A stretch of DNA of 64,000 nucleotides from Lytechinus pictus (Eukaryota), in the NCBI RefSeq assembly GCF_037042905.1, contig NC_087252.1:9674001-9738000 (forward strand), read 5' to 3'. A model generated the notes under the pieces. That model did no database searches and was not told the origin of the DNA. It saw only the letters and a program-made list of their open reading frames with translations. Made by a program: the position numbers and the translations under genes. Of this stretch, positions 39,011 to 51,356 are shown one piece after another (within the stretch, counting starts at the first letter, position 1; each line of letters begins with the position of its first letter).

Positions 39011-39299
39011 CCATTATGTGATCAAACTGTGTGACACTGCTGTTTACAACATTGCACGGTCGGTAACCTATTATTAGTTTGTTTATATTTCTTATTTTTC
39101 TAATTTCGATTTTTTTTTTTCCTCCAATTTTTTATGTTTCGTTTTTATCATTTTTATCCTCGTCATTATTATCATCATTATTTATTATTGCTATTAGTAG
39201 TATCATGGTTATTATGCGAAAATTTAATAAAGAATAAAAGTCGGCAAGTTTTACTACGTCGGATGGAATATATGGCTACCAAAAATAGACAATTCATAC

Positions 39300-40292
39300 C
39301 TGAAAGATATCCACCGAAGAAAAACCCAAAAGCTTCTAGAACGTTGCTCAAGCTCAACGCCAATGGCAGATTTTCTGATGAAAATCGGTTCCTCAAACAC
39401 ATGGTCCCCAGAATAGCTCTTCCGGCAACAGCAAAGGCCGACCAAAATGATGCAATCGCCATGAAGTAAAAATTTGATAGGAACACATCGCACGTCAACG
39501 AAATGATGTTCAAGATGGATAAAACAATATAAATGTCGACTGGATCTACGGAGTTGTGAGTTAGGGAAGCGATAACGAAATGGGAAAAGAAGGTCCCAAC
39601 CCCAGCAATAGATGCTATAATAACCGTGTTTCGTTCAGAGATTCCTCTTTGCAAGGCTTGTGGAAGAAGGAAATCATACCATCCATTGTACACGAAAAAA
39701 TGCATAGCATAGGAAGCGCAAATGAACAAAGAAACCGGATCGTTGTAGAACCCCATTCTTCGAAAGAGGGATGACATCTTTTCAGGGATACTACGTATGC
39801 AATCTAGGAAGTTTGGAGGAAGTCTTTCATATTTTGGCCCTGTAAGATTTACATTTACGGGCACTAGACTCCGTCTCGGTGAAGGAGTCAATAGATGATC
39901 AGTATCAGTGACGACATCACCAAGGTCCTTCTCGGTTGCTCCAGAAGAACAAGGACCATCATTTCCTTCTTGCACACAAGTCGTATCATTATCCACTTGG
40001 AGTTGGTTATGTTTTACGAATCCCTCGTCATCTGGCCTCGACGGGCTGATATCCTCATGTGTTACCTGAACGGCCAAGGAGCATGGAATCTGGTTTAACA
40101 TGAGACCTCCAAGGATGAGCAGCACCCCTCGCCAATCATAAGCCATCAGTAATATTTCTGCTAGGACAGGGTAAAGAACCGCTCCCATGGAGAATCCGCA
40201 AGTCGAAAGGCTGAGCAAGACATTGAAGTGATCACCAGCAAACCTATCCAGTGCGATCAGGCATGTCACACGTATAACATAGTGTCCAATTC
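39300..40292 (-). CDS. SLC16/MCT-like MFS transporter, exon 3 (TM4-TM11 with large central loop)
   Basis: Lies within ORF 39178..40359. Acceptor tccatcag|GA, donor TCAG|GTATGA; 993 nt, phase 1 to 1. Motif YDWRGVLLILGGLMLNQIPC matches the SLC16 GWRGxxLILGGLxLN motif. Confidence 0.92.
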
Positions 40293-40487
40293 CTGATGGA
40301 TGATATAAAATAAACCTCTCAATTCTCTGACAAAATAAAAAGGACGACAAACACATCACGAAGAAAGTCTTTTCCCATCCCCAAGATCCTATATTTTTGG
40401 TGTAATAATATCAAACAACGAATAAACCACGAACAGCTTTAGCCTGGCCTTCTGAAAATATACGTGTATATTTCATTAAGGAATTAA

Positions 40488-41062
40488 AGGGATGGTCCGG
40501 GCTGAAAGTATGTATAGTTTAGTAAATAGAGTAGAATTCACTGAGCAAAATGCCGAAAATTTCATCAAAATCGGATAACAAAGTTATTGAATTTTAAAGT
40601 TTGGCAATATTTTGTGAAAACAGTCGTCATGAATATTCATTAGGTGTGCTGATGATGTCACATCTCCACTTGTTCTTTTGTATTTTATTATATGAAATTA
40701 GGTTTATTCAAATTTTTTCCTCCAAGAACTAAAATAATTGGATTGACAACCGATTTAGTGCATTAGATATTTATTGCTGCAACTTATTTCATTATAAGGG
40801 AGACATATCATTCACACAAGTATGAAATAATGAAACAAATTTGATTTTATGTAATAACATAAGAAAGCGGAAAGTGGAGATGTGACATCATCAGCCCACC
40901 TAATGAATATTCATGACTACTGTTTTCACAAAATATTGATAAACTTTAAACTTCAATAACTTTATTATTTGTTATCCGATTTTGATGAAATTTTCGGCAT
41001 TTTGCTCAGTGAATTCTGCTCTATGTATTAAAATATAAATATTTTCAGCCCGGACCATCCCT
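40488..41062. mobile_element. Kolobok-like MITE, copy 3 (least diverged), in SLC16 intron 2
   Basis: TTAA|AGGGATGGTCCGGGCTGAAA...TTTCAGCCCGGACCATCCCT|TTAA, near-perfect arms. Confidence 0.9.
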
Positions 41063-42093
41063 TTAAGACTTGATACATTCTACATGGGAAGACGACAAGA
41101 ATACACTCAGAAACGTCGAGTTTGGGTGGTCCTTTTTCAGGATCAACGTTTGCCCAAGAAAAATAAACGGTGCTCCATGCAACCTACTGCACTATGGGAA
41201 GAGAGAATTTGACGTTTATAATATCAACGAAAATGCCGAGATTAGAAAAAATAATGAGACTTTAAGGATTCAAAAAGGGCAACGCACTTTTATGAGGGTC
41301 ATGTTCGTGTTATCTTTCCAACATTTCAAATTTGCAAAACCCACATCTTTCATGTACATGTATAATTCAAGAAGTGCTGCTAAGAGTATTAATATTAACG
41401 ATCAGGCTTTCTAACCATTCCCACTTGGGAATGATTTTCAGGCTCTAGTACCTTACACAAATTTAAATTATTTTCGTTCTACATGTATGTTATGTTAAGC
41501 ATTCACAAATTCTTTAGTCAGTCCGGCATGGGTATTCAAATTCTTCCCAATACTGCTCTTTATTTATTTTATCTTGCCTGGCGTTACATGTTAATAGTGT
41601 TTGCAGAATGTGTTTTATTTGAATTTTAATAATGTGTAATTTCATATATACCGGAATGTGCAATATTCTCTCACTGGTTTTCTATGAGGGCTCGCATGCC
41701 TCTGGGCAATAGTAATGAATTTTACTTTTGCGAGCCCTGGCCCATGGAAAAAACATTTCTTACTCTTTTCTTCTTTGCTTTCATTTCTACTTTTCATATT
41801 TAATTATTCAATTTCAAATTGTATTTTTGTATTTACACTGTACAATTTTTGTATGTTTTTTATGGCCAAATAAATAATAATAATAATAGTAATAAATCGT
41901 GCAGGGGAGGGCATTTCTGATAGAAACATATTGTCATGATTGTTGTTGTTGTTGTTGTCAAACATTCTTTTGAATCATTCGGAATAAAACGGTCAACTAT
42001 GATCCGTGAATATCTAGCCCCTCGTGACTTGAAAAGAAATGTCGATGACATTTCATTATTCATTATTTCATTTTTCCCCCAAATAGCACATCA

Positions 42094-42229
42094 GGGCCCC
42101 ATTACACAAAGGTTAGCGATTGATCGTGCGCTTGATTTTTACGGTTGATCATTGTACATTATAATCAATGCAATCAATCAATTATAGAAAAATTTCTACG
42201 ATCATTGCTAAGCTTTGTGTCACGGTCTC
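42094..42229. mobile_element. Harbinger-like short MITE
   Basis: cag|GGCCCCATTACACAAAGGTTAGCGATTGATCG...CGATCATTGCTAAGCTTTGTGTCACGGTCT|cag; related copies at ~60118-60271 and ~49312-49424. Confidence 0.65.
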
Positions 42230-42734
42230 AGAACTCGATACTAGCACCGTCGAATGCTGTAATGACATCAATCGGCTAAATGGACTTTGGACTATAAAAG
42301 CACTCAACTGCAATATTTTGTGACATGTAATAAAAATCAGTTTTTAGAGACTTTAATTATGGCACATTCTTTGAGCAAGTGGGCGATATCCACTTCCCTA
42401 CTGTACCAGAATTGCAGCCACATAAGGATAAAAAAGATTATGATGAAGAAGACAAAGAAAGTTCATTTTCCAGAAATTGTTTGTTTAAATGGGATAAGTC
42501 ATATGCCATGTGAGATGACATCTGATTGACGTGCTGATTTCATACTACGTGTACTATGATCCTAATTCTTGCCAATACTGAATTGAATTTGTCGAGCTTG
42601 TAATATTTATTTGTCACGCTTCATAATGAGTTCAGAACAATTTTACAGTTAGTGGAAAACAATGAATTTTGTTAACACGTACGAATTACGTGAGATGAAT
42701 TGCATTTCTGGGTTACCCGGTTCAGAAAACTTAC

Positions 42735-42878
42735 CAGATAATGGAAAGGCGATGAACATATACCACTTGCTTGTGGCTGTAGACGAAATGATTACAGGAA
42801 CACTTAGTAAAGTGGCACCAACTATTAGAAAAGAACGAGGATGTGAGGTCCGGGTGATGAGAGAGGCTATGATGGGTG
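42735..42878 (-). CDS. SLC16/MCT-like MFS transporter, exon 2: (T)PIIASLITRTSHPRSFLIVGATLLSVPVIISSTATSKWYMFIAFPLS(G)
   Basis: Acceptor ttattttcag|CA, donor TCTG|GTAAGT; 144 nt, phase 1 to 1; hydrophobic TM2-TM4 segment. Confidence 0.88.
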
Positions 42879-43165
42879 CTGAAAATAAAATAAATTATGG
42901 CACAAGAATACGAGTTGAGAAGAATGCTGGAAGAATGGTCGAAAATAATGTAACATTGCCCTGAGAAGCTGGTTAAAGCAATAAGACAAAGGTGGTTCCA
43001 ACAGAACTGCACCTCCGATAATGTGAACCAACATCTTAACCTGCGATGTCCGCCAACCAATTTGTATACGATTTGAGTAATTAGTAGTTTACACATTGGC
43101 AAATATCTACAAAGTAAGCACAATAATCGTCACATATTTTCGGGAAAGCATAAATTTATCATTAC

Positions 43166-43361
43166 TCGATAGTAAGCCGGCTGCAAAAAATAGGCCAAGA
43201 ATTATGCCCAGATCAACAGCGGTCATCTCCAAAGACTTCGACAGGTCCGGAAAAAGGATTCCCATGGCTTTCACAAGACCAAGAGCACAAGATGATTGCA
43301 TGAAAAGAGCCAGGAAAACCGGACAACAAGGAGACTTAACGATACTGCTACATCGGTCCAT
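43166..43361 (-). CDS. SLC16/MCT-like MFS transporter, exon 1: MDRCSSIVKSPCCPVFLALFMQSSCALGLVKAMGILFPDLSKSLEMTAVDLGIILGLFFAAGLLS
   Basis: ATG at 43361 (AAG ATG G context); donor CGA|GTAATG; 196 nt, phase 1. The four exons total 1470 nt = 489 aa plus stop. Confidence 0.85.
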
Positions 43362-46300
43362 CTTTACGGTGACACACTGATGGAGTCTGTGACCTACGAA
43401 GTACGTGTTTGGCAATTGCAGATCAGTCGAGCATAGGACCTTTTATTGAAAGAATTGAGTTGCGGAAACGGTGAAATGGATATTGTTTTTCCAACTTGAA
43501 ATAGGCCAACATTAACAGAGATTCAATTTTCACCGAGAACATCCAAAAAGTAATGGACAGTGTCAAACAGCATCTTTGAAATTATAAAATCAACTGGATC
43601 CAGGAGAATTGACCACCTTTAAGAAATGGTCGTCGGTACGTGTCACTGGCGCTTCTAGATCATGGAGGTCAGCAAGATGTTCTCTGTGCAATCAACTGAA
43701 TCTCACAACGGGAATGCCTTCATATTCCAGGGCCCCACGGGAGACCAGTTTATTGCTGAGTGGGCTACCCTGGTTAAATATATTAAAATAAATAAATAGA
43801 TAAATATATAAATATTCATGGCATTGAAAATAATTTGATTCACTGCCACTCCATGATGATATGAGTAGGGATACCGTATGGCACAGTGACGGGATGAAAC
43901 AAAAAATGTTGAGGGGGCACAACACGGCGAATGTGGGAAAAATCAAAATCGCGGGAGCGAAGCGAGTGAGCGAAAATTCTGGCAATATTAAGATAGATCT
44001 GATAGATTTTGCTTAATATTCAACACATGACCAGCCAACCCAAACCGACAACAAATCGGCAGAGGAAGTTCTTTGTACATTTCCAGAATACTTGGTCCTA
44101 AAAAATATAAGATTAGAAAATTCAGCTATCTGAAATAATAGTTTTTTTTCTTTATACTGTAAAATTTATTAAGTATACAAAGTATAATAGACGAAAACCT
44201 ACTTCCTTTCTTGGACTCCATCTTTTGCCGACTGCTTGGACATTTCACCAAAATCATGGGGATGCACAGTGTAAACATCTTATGCTTGATTAAATCCCAA
44301 ATTTTAAATTTCTCCCTCTCCCCCTTGTTTTAGTTATCGCTGAATCTCATCTGAATTCAATCAAGTGAGTGTTTGATCAATTTCATATATCGCTGTAAAG
44401 TTTAGGGTGTGATTTTTTTTCAAGCTTAATGAAAATCTCAAAATTCCATTGAGTGACATATTTTTTATTTTGAGGTGTCTGGTTACAGCTTTTTCACATA
44501 TTACCCATTTCCCCTTCCTTTCATTTTCTCCTGATTGGTATATTTTCTTGGTTGAAACATGTCCTGTTTATTTAAATTTTACATTGTATTCATTATTTTG
44601 GTCTTCAAGTTATTATTGTGTCGTTCATTTGGTAACAAAGGACGAGTAAGCATAAAGTTTTCTTTTACTTTCAGGGAAATTATTCTCATCTTATGTAACT
44701 GCATTCTTCGAATTTACTTGATTTTCCAAACTGTATAGATAACTATGATTCTGTTGATAATATTCAGACTGAGAATAATGTTAACTGAAATGTTTTGTTC
44801 TATTCAGATTTTGGCTTTCAAGTTAGGGTTGTGTCGTTCAATTTTGGTAAGAAAGGATGAGTAGGCATGATGTTTTCTACTTTCAGGGAAATTAATTTCA
44901 TCTCATCTCAGCCTGCTGGTAGGTCAGTCTCATAACTAAAATATCTTCAATGGGTAAAAATAATAATTGATTATTATTACCATTATTATTATCATTCTTG
45001 TTATTATTATTACCATCACCCTCATAATCATCATTTAATAGATTGGAAGACAACGAAGTAATTTGTTGCAGTTATCCTAAAATGCAGCTTCCTGACCACT
45101 TTTTGGTAAATGAAAAACTTATCAACACACCCCCTCACATCTACCCCAACGCATATGCACGCACACAACACACACCCCTAGGCCTACTATCACGCACCCC
45201 AGTCAGTGGCGTAACGAGCCGGAAAATTTTTTTTAGAGGGCCACACATAGCGTATGGAGCCTTTTATTTAAAGCTGCGAGCGAGCAAAAAGCTTTTTAGA
45301 AACAAAAACATCAAAATATGTGATAGATGTTTAAGCAATACTTCGAAAATAATATTTCCCTTTCCCATTTTTTGTTTTCTCGTGGTCGTAGAACTTTGGG
45401 GACACCAAGCCCCTCCCCCCCCCCCCGCCACATTTGTGACACACCCTCACTCATGCAGCTCTACCCTATCCTCTATTACACACCCTTGTCTCGCTCTTTT
45501 GCGTCGGTTATGGCGCAGTCACATTTCCCCTACGGCGGTTGTACGCCGAGTCGAAAACTACCGTTCTAACATTTTCTGTACTAGCTACATGTACATATGG
45601 GAGCATTAGTCTCTCTTTCAATCTCTCTCCTGAATGTATTTTGATTTATCTCTAAATTCCCTCTGTAACACTTTATTCACGTTCTCTCTTTCTCCTGTCC
45701 CGCTCTCTCTCTCTCTTTCTCCTGTCGATTTTTATTTTTCTTCCTTCACTTTATCTCCCCCTCTCCCCGATAGTCTGTCTCTCGAATGTCTCCTTCATCG
45801 GTCTGGTTAAACAATATTACCGAAAATGTTGAGAACTCTTGAACAACGTACGTTTCATTTTAACGGCGTTTTGTCCCCTTTCCCAATACCCAGATAAATT
45901 GCCTTTTCATCGGTTGTCTGTACTATACGATAATTATGGCGTCAATGCAATCACCTAATCTTTCTTTCTCTAAGAAGAGATAATAGCAATTATGATAACT
46001 GTATTATTCGCGTCAGATTTTTACAATTATCGAAAGTTAACGAAAAAGTGTCACCGAGAAAAAAGCATGAACTTCAAATATAATTTTCCAATCAATAAAT
46101 TTGTATCACTTAATTGCTTTATTGATGTACGTAACTATTGAATTACAAATAGAAATATGCATCTTTTATTAAGATGTGAAATAGGATTTTTCTCCCATTC
46201 ATTTTACTTGGAAATGTTTTCCCACGATTCTCCCTTTCTATGATAGATAGGGAAACATACTACATCTGATTTTTTTTGAAAACTAGACTCGTTCTTATGC

Positions 46301-47435
46301 TATACAGTATATGCCTATTTGTTTCCAGACCTGTCATTCCCTTGTTTGTATATTCCGGGAACTGTCCTTTCGTGCTGTGAAATAAAAAATACGATAGAGT
46401 CAACAAAATTGTATCAATCTTAGAGTTTATTTACAAGAAAAAATTCCGAATAAAAAAAACATGTTATTCTTGTCTCACGGTTCTCTCAAACTTTTCAGTA
46501 AATATATATATATTTCATATTTTCCGATTGTTGTAACGTATTATGTTGTTGTTACTGTTTTTTTTTATTTTGCTGCTGGTTAGAGTATATATTTTATCAA
46601 ACAAAATACATATATATAAAAATGGTATATAACAAATTTATGGAAATGGATGATTGAAAGAACATCTGGAAGAATGATTTAAATGGTCGCTTGCTGATTG
46701 AAAGAGGGAAGTCTTACAAAGAAAGATGAGAAAGAATATAGAAAGAATATATGGAAATACATCGATCCTCCCTCCCACCACAAACGAACAGATAACAAAT
46801 CTATGTAGAGTCAAATGAAATTATTTTTCACATAATTAGTAGAGTTTTCATATCTGCATGGATTTACATATAAAACGATAGGAATACTTCTATATCATAC
46901 TATACCTAAACAATGCTAAGAAAAGGTGATAACCTAAATTGTAATTATTAAAAATTACGAATAAACCGCGTAGGGCATATGCCTCGTCCTATCCATTAAT
47001 TATATATATTTGTTCAATGGTGCAACAATCTACGGATCCTTTGCCTTATATGTGACTTGTCAGGGGTGAAATTTACCTAAGGATGCATTTATGACGGGCG
47101 TTTTAATCTGAAATTACTGCACCAATTTCGCAAATTAATTGGCAAGCAAAGCACAAAGAGAGAGTGATGTATGGTGTACGCGTGCGCATGTATGTGATGT
47201 GGGTGTGTGTGTTTGGGAGAAGTGTGCGTGTATGAGGGTGTGTGTATGTGTGCGTGAAAGCTTGCGCAAGGGTGCGTGTGTGAGGATGTGTGTGTATGTA
47301 AGAACTCATGTGTCTTTAAAAATATCAACTTGTATTAAGGAGTGGAACTGGTTACCTGCTGATATTAGGAACTGTAAAACTATTTATCGGTTAAAAGTAT
47401 TATGTAACAATATCTCATTCCTATTCTGAGTTATA

Positions 47436-47690
47436 CCGTGTGAGTAATAAAAATACAACAGCTTGACTCCTTAAAAATCCCCAATTTAAGGATAAAATAT
47501 GTCATGGACACATAATTATTATATATGGCCTGAAAGAGTATGTTCTCCCAAATAATTTGATACCATATTTATGTGGTATGTGTTAATGCTTGGATGATCA
47601 GGAGGTATTCTTTACAGTGATGTAAATCTTGATTTGCGCCAAAGTAAGGCATGACTGCAATGAATGAACCCCAAACGCCAATGTATCTCC
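47436..47690. mobile_element. Truncated Tc1/mariner-type MITE (left arm of the 37519 family)
   Basis: ta|CCGTGTGAGTAATAAAAA...GCGCCAAAGTAAGGCATGACTGCAATGAAT, homologous to 37519-37740. Confidence 0.8.
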
Positions 47691-47879
47691 GGTGTATTAT
47701 CATTAAAGAAAAATATGATATTTTGCACCTCTCCATTTCTCTTTTAGAGTGCGCTTTTTTCTGATCCCATCTTTCTGTTTTCATTTTCCAAAAGTAATTT
47801 CCTTTCTCCCCCACCTCTCTTTTGTCAATCTTCACTCTCTGATCTTTCTTTCCGTTTATCAAGAACGTTTTTTTGGGGG

Positions 47880-48079
47880 TAATTTTTTACCCGATTGCTT
47901 GTAAGCACCGATTGCTTGTAAGCAAGCATCGAGAGGACCGACGGCTAAAGGTCCTCTCCAGGGGAACTGGTAATGAGGATTAATGCCTTACCAAAGGGAA
48001 CTAGCGCACCAAGTGGGTATCGAACCCGGGTCACCGGAATCCGAAACTCCCGCTCTAACGACTGAGCTATCGCGCCTCC
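47880..48079 (-). mobile_element. tRNA-derived SINE
   Basis: Minus strand GGAGGCGCGATAGCTCAGTCGTTAGAGC (A box)...CCGGGTTCGATACCC (B box), then CCCTTTGGTAAGGCATT core-like segment and a tandem tail (TGCTTACAAGCAATCGG)x2. 3' fragment also at ~63571-63618. Confidence 0.85.
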
Positions 48080-48331
48080 TTTTCTTTTCTTTCTCTCTTC
48101 ACCTTATTTTCTGCTATCTCCCGATTCCCATTCTGCTTTTTGAAAATAATTCATATGTATTTCCTTTTCTCCTCTTTCTCTAAATCACTCCAACTTTTGT
48201 TATAAAAAAAAAATTCTGTCTCTTATTCTTCACTGATCTCTACACTCCCCGTCTCTTAAAACGGAATAACAGAAAATAAGCCCCCCCCATCTTTATTATC
48301 CGCACAATCTTTCTCCTGGTTTCTTTTCAAT

Positions 48332-48705
48332 TGGTCTAATGCCAATCCGTCCAATTACCAACTCGTCTACTATCATGTGGTCTACCATCAGTTTGTCCAC
48401 TATCGATACGGTCTAATTATCATTTCGTACACTCTCCGTTTGGTCTAATAACCAGTTAGTCCATATACCATTTGGTCTAATTGGACTCGGTGTTAATTGG
48501 GCAAAATGAATGAAAAAAAGTATTAGACCAAATGGTCATGAGACGAAATAGTGATTAGACAAGGTGATTAAATGGACCAACAGGTCATTGAACAAAATGG
48601 TTGTTCCACGAACTGGTGGGTGATTAACAGAATGGCATTAGACTAGATGAAGTTAGACCATGTGATGAGTAGACGAGTTGGCAATGGACGAATTGGCAAT
48701 CAACC
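48332..48705. mobile_element. Foldback MITE with repeated GTCTA/GTCCA - TAGAC/TGGAC subterminal motifs
   Basis: tgccaatccgtccaattaccaactcgtctactatcatgtggtcta at left is the inverse of tagaccatgtgatgagtagacgagttggcaatggacgaattggca at right. Confidence 0.8.
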
Positions 48706-49924
48706 ATTCTACCGCTCCTTTTATAGTATATACACAGCTCTGAATAGGACTTTCATTTCATTTGGCATCCAACACAACAAAAAATAGAGCACACTTTCTA
48801 CCTAAAGTGGTACATTTCATTATGCATATTTATTTGATAATATGTACTCATTAAGAAAATTACTCAAACATGGGTACAGTGTTTCCAGTTCCAAAACGAA
48901 TTTCCCGAAACTGAATCCCAAGTTTCTCGAAATTCATATACATTTCCTGCAATTTTCAAGTTTGATTTGTAACAAAAAACAGGCAATAATACAGCGAGCC
49001 TAAATTTGGACTAAGTGACCAAAATCAAGGAATTTAACATTTTTTTCATGCCTTCTTTAAAAATAGGACCAAAATTACGAAATGCGAGCGCGGGCGGAAA
49101 ATTTTGAGCTACGTATCAAGGTAAATGATTATTTGAACAAAACATGAATATTAAAAGTTGCAACGTTTATTTGTGTAATTGTAATTTTCGGATTACCAGG
49201 AATTTTTTCATTACCCGAAAATTACCTGTAAATGATCCGGATTACCTTACCCGGAATTCTGTTTCAAAGACAAAATACAGTTTACGTTTGTGTCTTCTTA
49301 ACTTTTTTGAACCTGTATAACACAAAACTTAGCAATCGTAGATAAAGTTCTTTATAAATGACCACAATGTGCAATTACTCTTGAAAATCAAGGGCATGAT
49401 CAATTGATAACCTTTGTATTACCGGTGGTCAGTCTAATACCTGGACCATGGACCTCTCTCCCTTTTATACATACTGGCACCAATTATGTAACACCGGCAA
49501 TTATGGTCTGGCAGCGATCCTTGTAATTGCTGTTCTATATAATCAGCTGTCTGTTTGATCTCTCATAGCGTGAGATTAAATGATTGGCAATAAATCATGA
49601 CATGTAGCATAGAGTATCCTGGTACCGAACATAAGCCAAGAAAGTTCTTTCTGTTTCGTAAAAGCTTACTTTTTCACATGCCTTCTCAGTTAAGTGCGAC
49701 TGATCCTCACAGGACTAAGCATCAGGGATGAAGTTGAGGTCACATTTTGCCATCCTTGACCTCGGTCTCAGTCCGAATCACATGTACAAAGTCTATGGGA
49801 GGTTTGTCGAGCAGCTTCCTGTCTCGGAAGTAACGGATTTGACCACAACCCTGCTGAGCACACAAAAAATTCTCCCCTAGTTTTCACTGTATAGTGGATG
49901 ACGAGCCATCAGTCAGGGTATAAG

Positions 49925-51120
49925 ATGATGAAGGGAGTAGTCTTTGAAACTGATTTCATGGATATTATGGCCTGACCTTGATGTCACTGTCAATGTACAT
50001 GTATGATGAAGTTCAGAACAGTCATGAAAATGTTGACTAATATCATAGGAATTATGGCTCTACCTCAACGCCTGTTAATGTACATGTATGATGAAGTACA
50101 GACTAGTCTTTGAAACTGTTGACTAATATCATTGGAAATATGACTCTACCTCAACGCCTGGAAATGTACATGTATAATGAAGTACAGACTAGTTTTCTGA
50201 ACTGTTGCATTGGAAATATGGCTCTACCTCAACACCTGTAAATGTATGTCTGATGAAGTACAGAACAGTCTTGAAACTGTTGACTTATATCATAGGAATT
50301 ATGGCTCTACCTCAACACCTGTCAATGTACGTGTTTGATGAAGTACAGACTAGTCTCTGAAAGTGTTGACTAATATCATAGGAATTATGGCTCTACCTTG
50401 ACGCCTGTATATGTACATGCCTGATGAAGTATAGGCTAGTCTTTGAAAATGTTGACTAATATCATAGGAATTATGGCTCTACCTCAACGCCTGTAAATGT
50501 ATGATGAAGTACAGACTAGTCTTTGAAACTGTTGACTAATATCGTTGGAAATATGACTCTATCTCAACGCCTGGAAATGTACATGTATGATGAAGTATAG
50601 GCTAGTCTTTGAAAATGTTGACTAATATCATAGGAATTATGGCTCTACCTCAACGCCTGTAAATGTACGATGAAGTACAGACTAGTCTTTGAAACTGTTG
50701 ACTAATATCGTTGGAAATATGACTCTACCTCAACGCCTGGAAATGTACATGTATGATGAAGTACAGACTAGTTTTCGAAACTGTTGCATTGGAAATATGG
50801 CTCTACCTCAACACCTGTAAATGTACGTCTGATGGAGTACAGAATAGTCTTGAAACTGTTGACTAATATCATAGGAATTATGGCTCTACCTCCATGCTTG
50901 TAAATGTACATGTCTGTTGAAGTACAAAATAGTCTATGAAAGTGTTGACTAATATAGGAATTATGGCTCTACCTCAACGCCTGTAAATTTACGTCTGATG
51001 AAGCACATGTACAGAGTAGTCTTTGAAAGTGTTGACTAATTTCATAAGAATTATTGCTCTACCTCAACACCTGTAAATCTACAAGTCCGATGAAGTACAG
51101 AATAGTCTTTGAAACTGATG
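49925..51120. repeat. Tandem array of ~14-15 units of ~76-92 bp (minisatellite), downstream of the MRPL39 stop
   Basis: Consensus tgatgaagtacagactagtctttgaaactgttgactaatatcataggaattatggctctacctcaacgcctgtaaatgtacatgta, units abutting with no unique spacers. Confidence 0.95.
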
Positions 51121-51317
51121 ACTTGGTTGATCCTCTAAGAGTCAACACACAATGTTTACTCCATCCTTATACCAGAGTCACATCAGCAAAAGTGACTCCA
51201 GACCGACCAAATCAATTTTGTTATTTTGGATTGCATACCATTGGTCGGTTTGGTGTTCGTTTTGTTGGTGCGACTGTGACTTTACTGTTGCTGCATATGT
51301 CTGAAACGGTAATGCTG

Positions 51318-51356
51318 TCATGAGTCTATCAAAGGTGATGATGCATCAGTTGTGAC
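51318..51356 (-). CDS. MRPL39: MRPL39 probable last coding exon: VTTDASSPLIDS*
   Basis: Strong acceptor tttctctgtcattttgtccag|GTC, phase 0; begins VT like the short vertebrate C-terminal tail; TGA at 51320-51318. Confidence 0.65.
   Translation of the reverse strand, partial: VTTDASSPLIDS

Noticed and set aside
39178..40359. Single-exon 393-aa transporter as given by the ORF track
   Set aside because: Both ends run into intron sequence; splice sites at 40292 and 39300 join in frame to three other exons.
45043..45609. 188-aa ORF
   Set aside because: Non-ATG start, assembled across MITE fragments (cagtggcgta..., gtcacatttccc...) and low-complexity DNA; no protein-like features.
48005..48079. 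tRNA gene
   Set aside because: A and B boxes are present, but there is no proper acceptor stem and the sequence continues into a SINE body and tandem tail. The same applies to 1200-1274.
49712..49893. In-frame TGA read-through (selenoprotein) on the plus strand
   Set aside because: No recognisable selenoprotein motif or SECIS element, and no supporting gene structure.
49925..51120. CRISPR-like appearance of regularly spaced repeats
   Set aside because: Whole units are repeated with no unique spacers, no cas genes are present and the context is eukaryotic; this is a minisatellite.
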